Source of the DNA: a virus
Direction: 5' to 3' (one strand)
IMG/VR virus record: IMGVR_UViG_3300037261_000033
Location: 1-64,000 of that record
DNA length: 64,000 bases
The notes beneath the pieces were generated by a model. The model ran no database searches. It was given only the letters and a program-made list of their open reading frames with translations, and was not told the origin of the DNA. Both the position numbers and the translations under genes were made by a program. This document shows, one piece after another, positions 45,417 to 55,552 of this stretch. Each line of letters starts with the position of its first letter. Positions within the stretch are counted from its first letter, which is position 1.

Positions 45417-47239
45417 TGATAAAACTCTTCACTGATTCGTATTGGTTGGCCGCGCGTGATTAGTTCCAGTGTCCGCAGTCTGGAAAGTGAATTGTTGAAT
45501 CCACCGCTGCTAGCGGAGTAACCCGTTACGGCTCCAATCTCATCCGCCGTCATTCCGTTCGGATAATTCGCGGCGAGCGTTTCGAGAATTGTCCGCTCGC
45601 ATTTGCTGCTCCGCCCAAGCCAGTGATCGAGCAATCCTTGACCTGTCGGTAATGGCTTCCAATCTCCGAGCGTTGAAAGTCCCCCCTCTGTAATCTGAAT
45701 TGGATTGCCGCGAGTGATGCAATTTCCAAACGGTTTATCATCACTCGGGGCTGATCTTAGCCTACTTAATGAGTTATTGAAGCCGCCCGATGTTCCTGAA
45801 TAGCCAGTAAGGATCGCTACCTGAGTCGAGGATCGGCCTTGTGGATATTGCGCCAGCGCGGAGAGAATTGTTCTTTCGCACTTTGACAGTCCATTTTCTA
45901 TTCTCGGGACAGTAACGCGCGGTCGAGACGGCGGCGTAATCGTGAATGGCTCATTATGTCGGACGTGCACCGCTATTGGAATCTCTTCATCGATCATGCC
46001 TTTCATGACCTTCACCGCATTAGCTGCGTCGGCCCTTAACTTTTCAAATGTTTTCGTGCGCGCCTCGATTATTCCTTGCACCTTGCTCATAGCCGATTGC
46101 ACGGCGCTGTCTATCGCTGCCTTTAGTTCTTCCTGCGGGACTTCCTTGAAGTCGTGAGCGATAACGTTGACTAAGATTTTCATAGCTTGTTGAAGTGCTC
46201 TTTTAGTCCGGCGTAGTTCTTCGGCTTTCGGAGCGGTTTCGATTGATGGTGACGGCTGGCGCTGCGCCTTTTCTAACTGCCGCCGTAATACCGTGAGTTG
46301 CTCTTTTAGTTCGCGCGGATCATTTGCTTTTGCTTCCTCGATAACTGAGGCCAATTTTGCGGTGACTTCGGCTAGGTCAACGTCGGCCCAACTTCGGTTG
46401 TTTACCTTTTTCTGTAACTGCGGCGGCGCGAAGGAATCGAATGTCTTGAATATCGGAAAATCCGTTATGATCGGGCCGAAGTCTATTTCAGGTGACCAAA
46501 TCCACGCGCTTCCGCGCGCTAGTCGCGCCAGCGTGTCGAGAACTTCTTTCCCTTGTTCCTTATCACCGCATCCCTTTATCCAATCTTCAACCGCGCCGCG
46601 ATCTGCCGCGTGAATTACGCGCATCGCGACTAACGTTTCGCACGAAGTCAGCGTGTCGTTGTGAACTTTCTGCGGTCGCTGCGATGCGATTAAGCAAACG
46701 ATCCCAAGTCCGCGCCCCTCACTCAATAGTCGATTCGACCAATGCAGGCATTTGCCCGCTTGCGGGTCGAGAATCTTACCCTTCGGAGCGAAGTTATGGA
46801 ACTCGTCACCCACGAGATAAAGCTCGCCGGAATTGGCGTTGAAAATGCCGGACGCGAAGTCAATCCAGAATTGCACCATGTGCGCAGTCATCCAGCCACG
46901 AAAACCGATGATCGCTGGCCGGTTCCCGCTCGTTATCAGTTCGGCTACGTGCTTGCCCGACTGCTGGTTAATCGGAACGTCTGTCGCGTTTTCCTTTTTG
47001 AAATCACCGAAAGTGATAATTGGATAGCCCGGCCCTTTGCCGTCCGCCGATGCTTTCAGTCCCCACCAATCTCCCTTTGGGTCGATGATGCAGACGCGCT
47101 TCCCGCGCGATAGTAAGTGCTCGACGATATGGCGAAGCGCGGATGACTTACCCGCCCCGGTCTTACCAAGTACGACAAGATGTTGATCTAGTATCTCGTC
47201 TGGAAAGCATAACTTCACCGCGCGTGGCGTTACGCTCAT
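45413..47239 (-). CDS. HerA/VirB4-like ATPase with two C-terminal HTH-like repeats
   Basis: HLVVLGKTGAGKS, IIDPKGD, DEFHNFAP, EGRGLG, SQRP. Confidence 0.85.
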   Translation of the reverse strand: MSVTPRAVKLCFPDEILDQHLVVLGKTGAGKSSALRHIVEHLLSRGKRVCIIDPKGDWWGLKASADGKGPGYPIITFGDFKKENATDVPINQQSGKHVAELITSGNRPAIIGFRGWMTAHMVQFWIDFASGIFNANSGELYLVGDEFHNFAPKGKILDPQAGKCLHWSNRLLSEGRGLGIVCLIASQRPQKVHNDTLTSCETLVAMRVIHAADRGAVEDWIKGCGDKEQGKEVLDTLARLARGSAWIWSPEIDFGPIITDFPIFKTFDSFAPPQLQKKVNNRSWADVDLAEVTAKLASVIEEAKANDPRELKEQLTVLRRQLEKAQRQPSPSIETAPKAEELRRTKRALQQAMKILVNVIAHDFKEVPQEELKAAIDSAVQSAMSKVQGIIEARTKTFEKLRADAANAVKVMKGMIDEEIPIAVHVRHNEPFTITPPSRPRVTVPRIENGLSKCERTILSALAQYPQGRSSTQVAILTGYSGTSGGFNNSLSRLRSAPSDDKPFGNCITRGNPIQITEGGLSTLGDWKPLPTGQGLLDHWLGRSSKCERTILETLAANYPNGMTADEIGAVTGYSASSGGFNNSLSRLRTLELITRGQPIRISEEFYQ

Positions 47240-47580
47240 GTGTTTGACTTAGCGCCTTCCGGCGCCAACTGACCGGCCAGCGCGATATCCTGCGCCGTCT
47301 GCCGCTTTATTCGCGCTAACATCTTGCGCAGGATCGCTTCCAGTTCGCCGATGCGCGCCATCAACTCGCAATTGTGTTGCTCTGTTGCGTTAAACGGCGT
47401 CACCCGGTTCATGACTTTCGGTAAATGACAAATCAGTTTCCGCAATTCGTCGTGCGTGGCGTGGTCGCGGATACCGATTGCCAGCGCGTGTAGCAAACTC
47501 TCTGCGTCTGTCGGCTTGCGCGTTCGGTTGCGCGGTAGCGGGAAGAGTGTTTCGCGCGGTTGTTTCTTTTTCGTGCTCAT
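47236..47580 (-). CDS. Hypothetical protein
   Basis: ATGA-coupled. Confidence 0.55.
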   Translation of the reverse strand: MSTKKKQPRETLFPLPRNRTRKPTDAESLLHALAIGIRDHATHDELRKLICHLPKVMNRVTPFNATEQHNCELMARIGELEAILRKMLARIKRQTAQDIALAGQLAPEGAKSNT

Positions 47581-47804
47581 ATCTTCTCGAAGATGTAAGA
47601 GTGCGGGGACGTTTCTTCGGTCGCTCCGATTGATTCAACCTTTAATCCGTTCTCGGTTGCCCACTGCGTTACTTTCTCTATTCGCTTCGCCGGGTTCCGT
47701 ACGTCGCGAAATTCGCTGTGAATTGGCTGAGATAGAACGCGCAGCTTCCCCTTCGGTTGCGCCGCGAAGTAAGCCGCGATCTCGTCTGTCGCTTTCCTGC
47801 TCAT
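47577..47804 (-). CDS. Hypothetical protein
   Basis: ATGA-coupled. Confidence 0.55.
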   Translation of the reverse strand: MSRKATDEIAAYFAAQPKGKLRVLSQPIHSEFRDVRNPAKRIEKVTQWATENGLKVESIGATEETSPHSYIFEKI

Positions 47805-49078
47805 GATGCGCCCGGAATTGCCGCGTGGTATTCATCCCTGAATTTCGCAGCGGCGATTTGCCAGTCCCAAGTTTGCGTTTCCCAGTTTCCGCCGCTCGCG
47901 TTCGCGATTATACCCCACGCTTGTTCAAGAAGTAATGCCGCAGTCTTCGCGTCCGCTTTCGCTTCTTCACGTGCTTCGCGCGTTAATCCGATGCAGTAAC
48001 TGAGTGTAACTTCCTGTCGTTTTAGCCGTCCGTTTTCGAGTAGGCACTCAGCTCTTTGCTGGCACGCGAGCTTCAAATCTGCGGCGAGTTGATCGCGCTC
48101 CTTTACTAACTCTGAATTTCGAGCGTGCATCGCTCTCGCCTCATCGCGCCACAATTCTTTAATAATCGGTTCACTTGCGCGTTTTATCTGCGCGGCGCTA
48201 TCGCCCGGCGCGTGAAACACTGGTGGCGACGAAAGCAGGTTCGCGATTTGATCTGCATTTTCTTTCGTAATCCATCTCCCGTCGCCGAGTAGGTCATGCT
48301 TAACGGTTTCATCCCATAGCTTCCGCAACTCCGCGATCACTCGTTCCTTGTGGCCGGTGAACTCTTCGATGATGTGTACGACTCGTGTCATAAACTTATT
48401 ATCTCCGAGAGTCGGAACAATCGAGGCGTAATACATCTCGCGCGCCTCACCCATGATTCTCCGCGCCGCTTCCCTTACCGAGAATGGCGGTTTATGCGTA
48501 GGCATTCGCCCGCCTTCCGTGAACGCTTTCTTGCGCACGCTCCAAGTTTGTAAATGACTACCGGGCCACGCTGGTTGTTGGATTTGCACTATCTCATCCG
48601 GCTGGCATCCGTACTTCGCGATGAACGCTTCCATGATTTCGTCCCGCTGCTCCATCACCCTATGCCACGCATCTTGAGCGCGCTCGAAGAACTGCAAGAA
48701 CGGTGTCTTCGCGGCAGGCGTTTTTGAATCGTGCCGGGGTTCCAATCCAGCAATTGCGTGTGGTTTTTCGAAAGTAATAACGCAGCCGCCCACTGTTTCG
48801 CGCGTGTTATGCGCGGTGATCTTCGCAATCTTACCGTCCGCGTCGCGCTCGACCGTTACGCCGTCGAACTGCTTCAATGTAACAGCCTGATTCGAAAGCC
48901 GCTCCGGTATCGTCGTGAACTTGTGCTTAGGGTCTTCCTGAATAGCCACAACACTCGGAAGACTATTTTCGACTATAGCCTTCACCCCCTGCGGATACAC
49001 TGTTCTGTACGGCCCGCCGAATGGCACCGTGATAAGAAATATTCCGTCGTGCGTTTTCTGTATCGTGATTGCGTTCAT
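47801..49078 (-). CDS. Mosaic hypothetical protein
   Basis: Long ORF; ATG 49078 follows promoter TTTACT-17-GACGAT (49094-49122). Confidence 0.65.
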   Translation of the reverse strand: MNAITIQKTHDGIFLITVPFGGPYRTVYPQGVKAIVENSLPSVVAIQEDPKHKFTTIPERLSNQAVTLKQFDGVTVERDADGKIAKITAHNTRETVGGCVITFEKPHAIAGLEPRHDSKTPAAKTPFLQFFERAQDAWHRVMEQRDEIMEAFIAKYGCQPDEIVQIQQPAWPGSHLQTWSVRKKAFTEGGRMPTHKPPFSVREAARRIMGEAREMYYASIVPTLGDNKFMTRVVHIIEEFTGHKERVIAELRKLWDETVKHDLLGDGRWITKENADQIANLLSSPPVFHAPGDSAAQIKRASEPIIKELWRDEARAMHARNSELVKERDQLAADLKLACQQRAECLLENGRLKRQEVTLSYCIGLTREAREEAKADAKTAALLLEQAWGIIANASGGNWETQTWDWQIAAAKFRDEYHAAIPGAS

Positions 49079-49315
49079 AATCGTTGAAAGCAAATCGTCC
49101 GTTAAGTCTAACGGAAAGTAAAGGCTTTATTTCTGTTCGAATCCCGCGCGCCGTTTGATCCGCCGCTTGCAGTGCTCTAACGCGATATATTCTCTCGCCG
49201 CGCGCTGATGATCTTTTGCTTTAACGGTTTCCGGCAACGCTGAATTACAACTCATGCACGCTCCGTTCGCGAATAACGCCGAGACTTGATGTCCGCACGT
49301 TTCGCAACGCACGGC

Positions 49316-49897
49316 TTACGCTCCGGCTGGCACTAACTCATCAACGATATGGAGCGTCGCCTGATCTGCTCCTGCGAAGTCGAAAAGTAATTGCCCGCTC
49401 TTCTGCCGAATCATTACCGCTTGCTGAACTTCAATGCTCGCTATGCCGTGCCGCGCTGCTATCGCCGTAAACCAGCCGAACTGATAGTCGTGGTCGCGCA
49501 TCTTAAACATCGGCCTGTTCAAATCATCCGTCTTCGCTTTCTCCGTTCCCGCCAGCATCATCGGGTTAAGATGGTATAGCTCGTGGTCAAGGAGCGCGGT
49601 CTGTTGCGGCGGCGTAAACGTTTCCCAAAGTTCTCCGTCGATCTTGATGAGCACGTCGCCTTCGCCTAACGCGCGGTGAATCAGGCTCGTGACGTTGATC
49701 GTCGCTGCCGCCGCCGTGCCGTGCAGCTTCAACGCCGGGCCGGTTGGGTTGCCCGCTTCATCCTCTGACGCGTAGCACATTAGGAAGTCGATGCGCGGTT
49801 TGATCTTCGCTAGCGTCGTCGGGTAGAACTTACGCATGATCTTCCCGGCCAGTTGTTCGACTTCTTTCTTCGCGCGAATAAATCTGTGATGCGTCAT
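49316..49897 (-). CDS. Putative phage metallopeptidase
   Basis: ALLDHELYH, R.HD, RHG. Confidence 0.75.
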   Translation of the reverse strand: MTHHRFIRAKKEVEQLAGKIMRKFYPTTLAKIKPRIDFLMCYASEDEAGNPTGPALKLHGTAAAATINVTSLIHRALGEGDVLIKIDGELWETFTPPQQTALLDHELYHLNPMMLAGTEKAKTDDLNRPMFKMRDHDYQFGWFTAIAARHGIASIEVQQAVMIRQKSGQLLFDFAGADQATLHIVDELVPAGA

Positions 49898-50250
49898 TGG
49901 TTTTCTTCCTTATCTTCGATTGCTGCGGTCGCGCCCTTCGGGTAAAATTTTACTTTGGCGGTTCCAGAATGAAAACCGGTGTAAGGCGGCGTGCTCATTT
50001 CAATTACTCCGTCGATCCGCGTGCCGTTTTCCAAAAATAATCCGCTACCTGCGTGCGATCCGTCGAGGCGCATAGATAGCTTACGCGTTAAGTAATATTC
50101 CATCTCGCATTCTTCAAGTTCTAACACCGCGACTGTGATAGCTAAACTGCGAAGCATTAGCTGCATCCCATCGGGTAGAAACACTTTCGTGCCTTTGCTC
50201 GTGCCATCCGATTGAACTCGCAGGTAGTTCTTCATTGGTTGCCCGGCCAC
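49894..50250 (-). CDS. Hypothetical protein
   Basis: ORF in tight array. Confidence 0.5.
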   Translation of the reverse strand: MAGQPMKNYLRVQSDGTSKGTKVFLPDGMQLMLRSLAITVAVLELEECEMEYYLTRKLSMRLDGSHAGSGLFLENGTRIDGVIEMSTPPYTGFHSGTAKVKFYPKGATAAIEDKEENQ

Positions 50251-50426
50251 TCCACTGCGTCAGCTTCACCGCGAAATACTTTCCACGCTATCCGTAGGCG
50301 CTCTCGGAATGAGACGTAACCGGACTGGCGTGACGGATACCATTGATGCCAGATACAAACCTTCGCCCCCGTTTGGTAATGCCGGACAAGTTCAATCAAC
50401 TTCCAGAGCTTCGGTGCTTTTTTCAT
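50232..50426 (-). CDS. Hypothetical protein
   Basis: RLRIAWKVFRGEADAVEWP. Confidence 0.6.
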   Translation of the reverse strand: MKKAPKLWKLIELVRHYQTGAKVCIWHQWYPSRQSGYVSFRERLRIAWKVFRGEADAVEWPGNQ

Positions 50427-50441
50427 TTCATTTTCGTTTCT

Positions 50442-50489
50442 AAAAAAGTGCTGCCCGGCGGGTTCCCTTTAAGCCCCGCGCCGGGCAGC
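50442..50489 (-). terminator. Intrinsic terminator-like hairpin with large loop
   Basis: GCTGCCCGGCG/CGCCGGGCAGC stem then ACTTTTTT. Confidence 0.55.
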
Positions 50490-50557
50490 GGCCCCTTTAT
50501 GTCTCCTACTATTTATCTCTCCGAATCCGCAAGATGGAAAGCTTTTTCTTTCCCGGC

Positions 50558-50758
50558 TTAGCGTCCTTGGATGCTAACTGAAATTGGCGGCGTATGTCCC
50601 TTGTGTCGCCTCGGGTTAATCCCGTGCCTACGCTCAAACTCCGCGTCGGCTTCTAATATTCCATCTGCTTCGATCTGTTCCATCTTTGGTAGCTTAATGA
50701 AATCCGCGTAATGTTTGTCGCTTTGGATCGCGAACGTCGTGTAGGTGAACGTTTTCAT
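50558..50758 (-). CDS. Hypothetical protein
   Basis: ATGA-coupled to helicase. Confidence 0.5.
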   Translation of the reverse strand: MKTFTYTTFAIQSDKHYADFIKLPKMEQIEADGILEADAEFERRHGINPRRHKGHTPPISVSIQGR

Positions 50759-53589
50759 TTTCGACGTTCCAAATAGTCTCGCGCCAATTGCTTCACCCGT
50801 TCCCCGGCGCTCTGTGAGAAGTCCGGCGCGACCCGCGCCTTATCCGGGTCAACTACGCTTCGTGCCTGCGCGCTCTTTAATCCTAGCACGCTCGCTATTG
50901 TCGGGTCGCTCCCTGCGTCGCTGATTAAGAAATACGCGATCACGCCGCCGATAAGTCCATCCCGGTTGAGGCGACCAATACAGTTGCCAACTATCGCGAC
51001 GCGTCCATTGCGGCGTGTCACTAATGTTCCCAACTCGTTTGTCACGCACCACACTTGCTCGTTTGGATAGCTTTGCGTTTTAGAGAATGCGTTTGCCTTA
51101 CTTCCTCTCGGTAAGCTCGCCTCCTTAGCTGACGCGATGTAAATGTCGAATACGTCCCTTCCGTTTTTCGTCTTCTGTTTTCGTTCCGAAATGTTCGCGC
51201 TGAACCCGCGCCGAACGCACAGCGATTGCAAGCGGTCTAAGAATTTCTTGTTTGTGTTCGTTACGCGAATGACGTTTTTGAGTTGTTGGCTTTTCGCTCC
51301 GTCCCCCATGCGGACTCCGTGTAAGAAATGCGTTAGCTGCGCGCGGGTCATTCCGTCGAGTAATGGGCTCATGTTTTTGTCGAAGTACGCTTCGAGATGT
51401 TGGCAGCCTTTTTCGGTGCGCTTGATTACCGGCTCCATCACGCCATCACCGGCTCTCAACTTCTTCCTCTTTTTATACACTGCGCTTGCCGTGCGATCTA
51501 ATCGCTCTCCGATGATTGCTTTACTGTGACCAGCGGAAATCATTTCCTCCAATGTTGCGATTTCGGAGGCACTCCAACGCTGCAAGTTGCCTTTAGGAAT
51601 TTGGTAAATGTTCATCAACGTCCCGTTTTGGTTCCGATGTTGATACCGTGCCCATGTCACTCCGCAATCGTTGAGACATCCTACTAAGTCTGCATTCCAA
51701 GGTTGGTGCGCGGCTTGGTAAATGCATAATTGTCGCCCGTTGAAATAGCCATCTGTTATGAACCATCCTAAAAGGCGTAGCTCGCTGTCTGACAGCGGTA
51801 ATCCTGCCGCGCGCTCGTCACCGCTCACTGGAATGAACCGTCGCGCCTGACACGACAGTTTACTCGCTTCTTGAAAGTCCCAGTCAGACCTACCAACGCC
51901 CATGACGGTGCGCGTTTTTCGCCTAACGACCATGCGGTGATTGCCAGTCACTCGAATATCCGTCTTTTCCGTTTTCGTTGCGAACATCTCCTCGTTGTCA
52001 GCAAGCGGGCGCGTTATTTTATCCGTTGCTTTTACCCATCGAATACTTCCGTCAGATGCATTAAACCCTGCCACTTCATCTCCGATATTTACCCGATCAG
52101 GCCCGACGAATCCTGTTCGCGTTAATATTTCTGTATCGCTTGATAGGCATTGATCGTGAACGCCCGGCGACCAATCTAGTTCGCCGAACACGCACGTCCG
52201 GCTTACCGTCTGCAAACCGTCGATCCCGAGTCCAGAACGGAGCGACATTATCAGTACGTCGCAGCCGTCGCGACCTTTACTCTTGAACCGCCGTATCGCT
52301 TCTGCTTTCTGCGCAGGTGATTCGCTTCCCGTGTAAAGAAGTGGTCTGCAATCCGCCAAGCGTTCGAGATACACGCTGTAAACTTCCCGGTGCCATCCGA
52401 ACAAGACGATCTTCTCTCCGCTCTCCGCTAGCATTCGCACGAAGTCCGCCACGAACGGCGCTTTCGATACGCCCGTCGCCTGCCTCAACTTTATGTCAAA
52501 CTCGCGCGCTGCTTGTCCGCTTTGCAAGAATGTTCCTTCAAGCACGAGCCGAGCTAATTCCGTAGCGTCACTTTGCACTTCTTTTAGCGCGTCGGCGTTG
52601 TGCGGTATCGTTGCGATATCTCGCTGCACTTGCGGCAGTTCTAATCCTACTTCTTCGCGCCGCCGCCGCAACATCAGGAACTCGTCTCGCAAGTATTGGC
52701 CGAACGCTTCCGGTTCTTTGATCGCGTAATTGTTTTTCCCTATCGGCGTACACCATTCCCGGTTGAACTCGCTCCAATTCGGTACGCGGTCGGGTGAAAG
52801 TAGTTTCAAGATGCTGTAAATCTCACCGCCGTAGTTGTAGATTGGAGTCGCGCTCAACCCCATCGCGTAATCGCACGTCTCACGGATCGCGGTCGCCGCG
52901 AAGTATTTCCCAGTCCCTTGATGTCGTAATTCTTGAACCTCGTCGAAGACGATTGATTTGTAACCGCGCTCGCGTAGCACGTCCGCCCACTTCGCAAGCT
53001 TCGAATACGTGATAATCATTACTGATACGCTCGGCAGCGAGTAGAGCGGCCCGCGCCTTATGATGTGAGTTGTCGCTGTTGGTAAAAAGACTTTAATGAA
53101 ATCGTTCCGCCATTGCTGCGCCAAGTGTGTCGGGCAAACCACGAGTGCCGGTAACGTCCCTTTCGCCGCGAACGATCCAAGCGCAGTCACGGTCTTTCCC
53201 AACCCTAGCTCGTCCGTCAACAGTAAGCTCTTCGTCCTCATGTGAAGATCGACTGCGACTGCTTGATAATGCCGAAGCGGTTTCGCGAGGCGATAGGTCT
53301 TCGGCTTATAGTCTCGCGCTAGCACCCGTTCCATTTCATCTTGCACTTCGCGGTGTCCGGCGCTGCCGTCGCGTATCAGCCACGCCGTCGCGTCGTCTAT
53401 CTCCATCGGGAAACGTTCGAAGAACCAATCCAAATCCCGGCACGTCTCCGGCGTATTCTCAATCGTAATCGCGCTGAACTCGAATTTGTTGATACGCGGG
53501 AACAGCGCCTTCAATCGTATCCGCGTGTTAGCGCCGCAGAGGATGACGAACTTATTCTCCGTCGTCGTTACTTGTCCGAACGTCTTCAC
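50755..53589 (-). CDS. SNF2-family helicase containing an intein
   Basis: DELGLGKT, DEVQ, LSATP, GIDGLQ, Q|CIGRLNR; GTGA-coupled start at 53589. Confidence 0.92.
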   Translation of the reverse strand: MKTFGQVTTTENKFVILCGANTRIRLKALFPRINKFEFSAITIENTPETCRDLDWFFERFPMEIDDATAWLIRDGSAGHREVQDEMERVLARDYKPKTYRLAKPLRHYQAVAVDLHMRTKSLLLTDELGLGKTVTALGSFAAKGTLPALVVCPTHLAQQWRNDFIKVFLPTATTHIIRRGPLYSLPSVSVMIITYSKLAKWADVLRERGYKSIVFDEVQELRHQGTGKYFAATAIRETCDYAMGLSATPIYNYGGEIYSILKLLSPDRVPNWSEFNREWCTPIGKNNYAIKEPEAFGQYLRDEFLMLRRRREEVGLELPQVQRDIATIPHNADALKEVQSDATELARLVLEGTFLQSGQAAREFDIKLRQATGVSKAPFVADFVRMLAESGEKIVLFGWHREVYSVYLERLADCRPLLYTGSESPAQKAEAIRRFKSKGRDGCDVLIMSLRSGLGIDGLQTVSRTCVFGELDWSPGVHDQCLSSDTEILTRTGFVGPDRVNIGDEVAGFNASDGSIRWVKATDKITRPLADNEEMFATKTEKTDIRVTGNHRMVVRRKTRTVMGVGRSDWDFQEASKLSCQARRFIPVSGDERAAGLPLSDSELRLLGWFITDGYFNGRQLCIYQAAHQPWNADLVGCLNDCGVTWARYQHRNQNGTLMNIYQIPKGNLQRWSASEIATLEEMISAGHSKAIIGERLDRTASAVYKKRKKLRAGDGVMEPVIKRTEKGCQHLEAYFDKNMSPLLDGMTRAQLTHFLHGVRMGDGAKSQQLKNVIRVTNTNKKFLDRLQSLCVRRGFSANISERKQKTKNGRDVFDIYIASAKEASLPRGSKANAFSKTQSYPNEQVWCVTNELGTLVTRRNGRVAIVGNCIGRLNRDGLIGGVIAYFLISDAGSDPTIASVLGLKSAQARSVVDPDKARVAPDFSQSAGERVKQLARDYLERRK
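50983..52149 (-). mobile_element. 389-aa intein with LAGLIDADG-type endonuclease
   Basis: Block A CLSSDTEILT, block B VTGNH, LLGWFITDG, FLHGVRMGDG, ends VAIVGN followed by extein Cys. Confidence 0.92.
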
Positions 53590-53987
53590 GCGAAGTTCTT
53601 CCAAATCTCAGCGTTATAGATCGGCTTGCCCGATAGCGTCGCCGGAATCGCGAGCGGCTGGCGGCTCATTACAATTACACCGCGCACGTCAGCTTCGTCC
53701 GCATACGCCTTTATCTGTCGTAGTACCTTCGCTCTACCGTCTTTTGTTTTCGTCTCTATCGCGATGCCTAACTCGTAAACGTAAAAGTCGAGCCTGCCGA
53801 CGCCCGGCAACATGAACTCGCGATGATGCTTTATTCCAGCCTCGGTTAGCACTTTCGCGACGCGATCTTGTAGCTCGCGCTCGCTATTGCATTGCGCGCT
53901 GACTCTCGAAAGCAGCAAAAGAAGGGTCGGCACGCCAGCTAGTTCATTCAGTAATGACCGCTGACATTTCTCTTCGCTTCGTTTCAT
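53586..53987 (-). CDS. PD-(D/E)xK nuclease-like protein
   Basis: E.ELQ, RE, RLDF, IETK, QIKAY; promoter TTTCAA-17-GATACT-7-ATG. Confidence 0.75.
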   Translation of the reverse strand: MKRSEEKCQRSLLNELAGVPTLLLLLSRVSAQCNSERELQDRVAKVLTEAGIKHHREFMLPGVGRLDFYVYELGIAIETKTKDGRAKVLRQIKAYADEADVRGVIVMSRQPLAIPATLSGKPIYNAEIWKNFA

Positions 53988-54025
53988 GCCGTTAAGTATC
54001 ACGCGGCCCGCTTTCGATTGAAAGC

Positions 54026-55552
54026 CTAAATTCCGCCTACCGTGATGCGGCGCGTCTTGCCCATCTTGAATTGTATCCCATAACGACAACCATCGAATGC
54101 GTGGTCAATCGCGTTATCGCTAATGTCTTCCGGGTCTTTTTCATCGCGGAGCAACTGCGGGATTGTTTCTATGGCGCTCTTACAACATTCGAAGAAAACA
54201 AGACCGGGCCGGTCATGAAGTGGTTTGCCATTCGCGTCTAAGATTTGTTTCCCGTTTGGCTTCCCGTTCTCCGTCATGATCGGCGCGTCTTTATTCGGAG
54301 CGAGTAGCCGATGAAAGTTCTGCACGCCAGCAACGCGGCTGCCGGGCCATTTCTGCGCCGGTGTCCATTTGCATCCGAGTCGGTTCATCTGATCGCCACG
54401 TGTGATTTGCTTCTGTCCTTCCTTATCGCTTTGTCCGATGTCCGTGAAAGCGTTGTTATCGTAAAGTCCCTTCAAAGGTTCTTCGTTGTAAAAGGTGTTG
54501 AGTTTCCCGTCCGCGTCGCGCGTTCCGTCTTGCAGAATAATCTGCTTGTCCCTTTCCAGCACGCGGCGCGCGATTTCCTCTGGTAACATTCCTTTGCGAT
54601 ACAGTTCGTCGATGATGTAGATCGTCTTGCGTTCCGGGTCTTGCGTAAGCCAATAGATCGCCGTCTCCGCCGCGTAGCCGTCGTCTCCGCCCCTCCATAG
54701 CGTCCAACCGTTCGGTATGGCAAAGCCGGAGTGAACGTGCCACGGCCTGCCGTGCATCGTTGCGCGCCAAACCTCACCGAACATGCTCCCTGCGACGACA
54801 GACCAATCACCTTCCTTCATCGCGCGAACGAGTACCGCGTCACCCATGCCTTCCAAGCGGTCGAGATAGTTCGGATCGTTCCGCAACAGCGCCGGGTTGT
54901 CCGTATTCCGCGCCGGGATAAACACGCGCTTCATGCCGCCTTCTTTCGGTTCCGTCTGCACGACGTTATACGCGCCATGATCAATGAACGTTTTCTTTAC
55001 AAATGCGTGCGAGATTCCGCCCGGATTCGCGCCGCATAGGATTCTCGGGAAAACTCCTTTCATGTGTTTCGGCGGTATCCAGTTTCCAAGTCGCACTGAG
55101 CCCCGGAGATAGCGGTACTGTTGCTCTGAGAATTGCGTTAGCTCATCGAGTCCTAGAAAATGAATTTCCGGCCCTTGGTATTTCGTAACGTGCCGCTCAA
55201 GCTGTAGATGGTTCAAGAAGATGCGCGCGCCGTTCCAAAAACTGATTTGATGCGACGTAATCCGCGCGTGCTGCCGTTGCACCATCTTTGCAAGCATCAC
55301 GTGGAAGCTGGTCGGCCCTTCCATGTGATTCGCTTTTAGATCGGGATAGAGACGCCGGAAAAGGTAACACTGCAATCCCGGCGCTTCGATACAGCACATG
55401 CACATTGCTGCGCGTATCAAAAAACTTTTCCCCGGCCCCTTCGCTCCGCCGAAGAGCACTTCGTTCGCCTTGGTGGTAAACGCTAAGGTCTGTTGCGGCC
55501 AGAGTGACCAATCAAAGTCATACTCTTCGTTGACGACTTCAACTTGTGGCAT
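54026..55552 (-). CDS. terL: Terminase large subunit
   Basis: GGAKGPGKS, LDELTQF, ANPGG..H, DNP.L, GDW, DHAFDGCRY. Confidence 0.95.
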   Translation of the reverse strand: MPQVEVVNEEYDFDWSLWPQQTLAFTTKANEVLFGGAKGPGKSFLIRAAMCMCCIEAPGLQCYLFRRLYPDLKANHMEGPTSFHVMLAKMVQRQHARITSHQISFWNGARIFLNHLQLERHVTKYQGPEIHFLGLDELTQFSEQQYRYLRGSVRLGNWIPPKHMKGVFPRILCGANPGGISHAFVKKTFIDHGAYNVVQTEPKEGGMKRVFIPARNTDNPALLRNDPNYLDRLEGMGDAVLVRAMKEGDWSVVAGSMFGEVWRATMHGRPWHVHSGFAIPNGWTLWRGGDDGYAAETAIYWLTQDPERKTIYIIDELYRKGMLPEEIARRVLERDKQIILQDGTRDADGKLNTFYNEEPLKGLYDNNAFTDIGQSDKEGQKQITRGDQMNRLGCKWTPAQKWPGSRVAGVQNFHRLLAPNKDAPIMTENGKPNGKQILDANGKPLHDRPGLVFFECCKSAIETIPQLLRDEKDPEDISDNAIDHAFDGCRYGIQFKMGKTRRITVGGI

